DNA from: Ignisphaera sp.
Lineage (GTDB): Archaea; Thermoproteota; Thermoprotei_A; Sulfolobales; Ignisphaeraceae
DNA: 64,000 nucleotides
Direction of reading: 5' to 3'
NCBI GenBank assembly: GCA_038889075.1
Contig: JAWAHS010000001.1
Location: 279,764-343,763, forward strand
Made by a program: the position numbers and the translations under genes
Part shown: in pieces, positions 61,318 through 64,000 of the stretch
Position numbering within the stretch: position 1 is the first letter of the stretch
Layout of the letters: every line of letters begins with the position of its first letter
The notes under the pieces: generated by a model
Seen by the model: the letters and a program-made list of their open reading frames with translations, nothing else
Database searches by the model: none
Told to the model about the DNA's origin: nothing

Positions 61318-61355
61318 CCCGAAAGCCTCGTCCTTTAGGGCGGGGAGGAGGTCAG
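61315..61355 (+). mobile_element. Solo IS200/IS605-type end hairpin (PATE-like)
   Basis: TTAC|AATCCCG-AAAG-CCTCGTCC-TTTA-GGGCGGGG-AGGAGG-TCAG, the IS605/IS608-type end architecture. Confidence 0.75.
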
Positions 61356-61379
61356 TTAATTTCTCTGGTTAAACTTTCA

Positions 61380-61868
61380 TTATTCAGAGATTCTTAAAGT
61401 CTTTAAATACTCTATTAAACCCCCAGCTTTTAAGATATCAAGAGCCATTCCCGCTATACCTTTACATTTAATTACTTTATCATCTACTATGACCTCACCA
61501 CTTTCGATATTGATTTTAATTGTATCATTTTCATTGACTTCCTTAGTTATATTGGGACATACTATAACAGGAAGTCCATTATTTATAGCGTTTCTATAGA
61601 ATATCCTCGCAAAGGATTCTGCTAAGATAGCCTTAATACCTGCAGCTTTAATTGCTATAGCAGCTTGCTCTCTTGAAGAACCCATGCCAAATACCTTACC
61701 AGCTACTATAATAGCTCCCTTTGCCTTTCTATGAAATTCAGGATCTATAGGTTCGAATACATGCTGGGCTAGATATTCTGGATCCGTATACTTGAGATGT
61801 TTAGCTGGGATGATAATATCTGTGTCTATTTTGTCACCAAGCTTAATTACACGTCCTTCTATAATCAT
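61380..61868 (-). CDS. leuD: 3-isopropylmalate dehydratase/homoaconitase small subunit
   Basis: [32 protein letters not shown] and GGL motifs. Confidence 0.9.
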   Translation of the reverse strand: MIIEGRVIKLGDKIDTDIIIPAKHLKYTDPEYLAQHVFEPIDPEFHRKAKGAIIVAGKVFGMGSSREQAAIAIKAAGIKAILAESFARIFYRNAINNGLPVIVCPNITKEVNENDTIKINIESGEVIVDDKVIKCKGIAGMALDILKAGGLIEYLKTLRISE

Positions 61869-63112
61869 ATTACATCCCCAGGTTCAGCTATTTTACCTAA
61901 GACAGCAGTTGCTGCAGCTATAGATGGCCCCGAGAGATATATTTTTGCTTGAGAACTACCCATCCTACCAATGAAGTTTCTATTCGATGTTGATACGACA
62001 ACCTCATTTGGTGCTGCAATACCAAAATGTCCACCTATGCATGGACCACATGTTCCATAGGTGACTATGCATCCAGCTTCTACAAGGGTCTGTATATAAC
62101 CAAGTTCCATAGCTTTTCTAAATATACTCCAAGAAGCTGGAATAACTATGCATCTAGTCTTAACTTTTCTACCCTTTACTATTTTTGCGGCAATCTCAAG
62201 ATCGCTCAACCTGCCATTCGTACAAGAACCTATGAAAACGTAATCTACATCTATACTGGAAACCTCCCTCACACTTTTAACATTATCAACACTATGTGGT
62301 GCTGACACCAGGAGATCTACTTTATCGAGCTCTATTGTATACACATCAACGTATTCAGCATCATTATCAGGTGAGATTGCCTTTGGCATCAGTCCTCTCA
62401 TATCAGTTATGTAGTTGATAGTAATTTCATCCGGCACGAACATCAGTGCATCAGCATTCATTTCAATACCCATATTAGCAACGGTCGCCCTATAATCCAT
62501 TGGAAAACTCTTTGGCTCTTCTATAAAGACCTCTATTGCCATACCGTTAAAGTAATCTGCTTTAAAAACCCTTAAAATTTCTAGAGCCACATCCTTTCCT
62601 GTTACCCAATTTCCCAGCCTTCCGCTCAACACTATTTTGAATGGATATGGTACCGTCATCCACGTCTTTCCAGTAATTATTGTAGCAGCAACATCGCTTG
62701 CACCCATACCTTGCGAAAAAGCACCTAGTGCACCAGATGTAGTTGTATGGCTATCTGCAGCTATAACGATATGTCCGGGTAGTACATATTTTTCTAGTAG
62801 GATTTGATGCAAAATACCATAACCAACATCGTGGAAGTTTCTGATCTTAAGAGCCTTGGCGAAACCTCTTATATATTGCTGTATCTCAGCACTCCTTACA
62901 TCTGGAGGAGGAGCTAGATGGTCAAATGCTATGACAAGTGAGTTCGTATCGTGAATTTTCAACATGTTTGCCCTTTCCATAACTTCGATAACGTGGTACC
63001 CAGTTAGATCATGAAAGGCAACAATATCGACATTAGTTTCTATGACATCCCCCGGGGATACGCTCTTTCCAGAGCCTCTGCTTAAGATTTTCTCGGTTAG
63101 TGTTTTGCCCAT
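61865..63112 (-). CDS. leuC: 3-isopropylmalate dehydratase/homoaconitase large subunit
   Basis: [26 protein letters not shown] and NRNF.GRMG motifs; GGTGA ribosome-binding site before ATG 63112. Confidence 0.92.
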   Translation of the reverse strand: MGKTLTEKILSRGSGKSVSPGDVIETNVDIVAFHDLTGYHVIEVMERANMLKIHDTNSLVIAFDHLAPPPDVRSAEIQQYIRGFAKALKIRNFHDVGYGILHQILLEKYVLPGHIVIAADSHTTTSGALGAFSQGMGASDVAATIITGKTWMTVPYPFKIVLSGRLGNWVTGKDVALEILRVFKADYFNGMAIEVFIEEPKSFPMDYRATVANMGIEMNADALMFVPDEITINYITDMRGLMPKAISPDNDAEYVDVYTIELDKVDLLVSAPHSVDNVKSVREVSSIDVDYVFIGSCTNGRLSDLEIAAKIVKGRKVKTRCIVIPASWSIFRKAMELGYIQTLVEAGCIVTYGTCGPCIGGHFGIAAPNEVVVSTSNRNFIGRMGSSQAKIYLSGPSIAAATAVLGKIAEPGDVI

Positions 63113-64000
63113 TTTATCACCACGATCTATTAGATAGACCAAACTTGGATGTTGATATTAAATATGCTCACATAAATGGTAAGATATAAGCGAACATGCT
63201 CCATAAAGCTCCATATATCAATTGAATTTATTATATAGATGCGTGAGATTGGAATTCGCTTTGATATAGATTTATATTAAGTCAATGTCAGCTTCACTGC
63301 TCCATCTTGTTTCTCCTGCATCCTTTTCAAGTTTTTGTCTAGATTAGGAGTGTTTAGGAACATCTACATCTTACGTAGTGTATGTTGACGCTGCATTCTC
63401 CTATAGAACTAAAGGAAGTTAGCTGAATGACATTGTAATAGAGCCTTACAAAGTCAACCAGATTCTCATAGCCATTGCTACTCTTGCAGAAGCTGTTCTC
63501 CGATTACCATTGAACAGCTTCTAGGTAAAGGTTAGTGAAATAGAGTTGAATTGTTTAGATTAATGTTATGTATAGGAATAGAGGCTACAAACACTATATA
63601 TTGAGGGTAATAGAGAAAGAGCTAGGTAGCTATATAAAACGAAGTACATATATTGCTCATCAGAAGAGTAACCCAAAGTACAGTGTGAAACTCACAATAG
63701 TTTCGCAAAGCAGCTCGTTATTACTAATTAATACAAGATTGTGAAATTGAATAATAAAGTTAGAACTGCATCCAACCGTATAGTTCAAAGCTATGATGTA
63801 ACATCTTTGATCTCATTAAATATGAATTGATTTAATAGTGTTCCTAGGATGTCAGCTAATGTATCTTAAATCAATTGCCGAAATTTACAATTCCGTATGT
63901 TCTAGAATTCCACGGGGTATATCCAAATGTTCTTAATGGGATGCAAATCCTTGAATTTATAATACAAAGATGTGTAGAAATGCGATATTAAAATGATGCG

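Overview
This 64 kb AT-rich window comes from a crenarchaeal (Thermoproteota) chromosome. Gene content (rpo13, eS1, GAPN, Ced DNA-import genes, C/D-box sRNAs) fits a Desulfurococcales, Ignisphaera-like hyperthermophile. All family assignments are by motif recognition, not database search. Contents: housekeeping genes, two tRNAs (Gly-GCC, Gln-TTG), four candidate C/D-box guide sRNAs, a decayed accessory zone at about 2.3-16 kb (pseudogenes, corrinoid/UroD cluster), glycerol and sugar catabolism genes, a split and re-ordered S10 ribosomal cluster containing an lhr-cedA1-cedA-cedA2 block, and a decayed IS607 (tnpA/tnpB) with nested insertions. The main hunt result is a family of three ~220-280 bp non-coding mini-elements (5.8-6.06 kb, 15.0-15.28 kb, 60.85-61.12 kb). 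They share IS607-like ends and a structured omegaRNA-like scaffold; the two best copies also have an archaeal promoter. One copy sits precisely inside the tnpA of a different IS607, so its predicted guide would target intact copies of that transposase.
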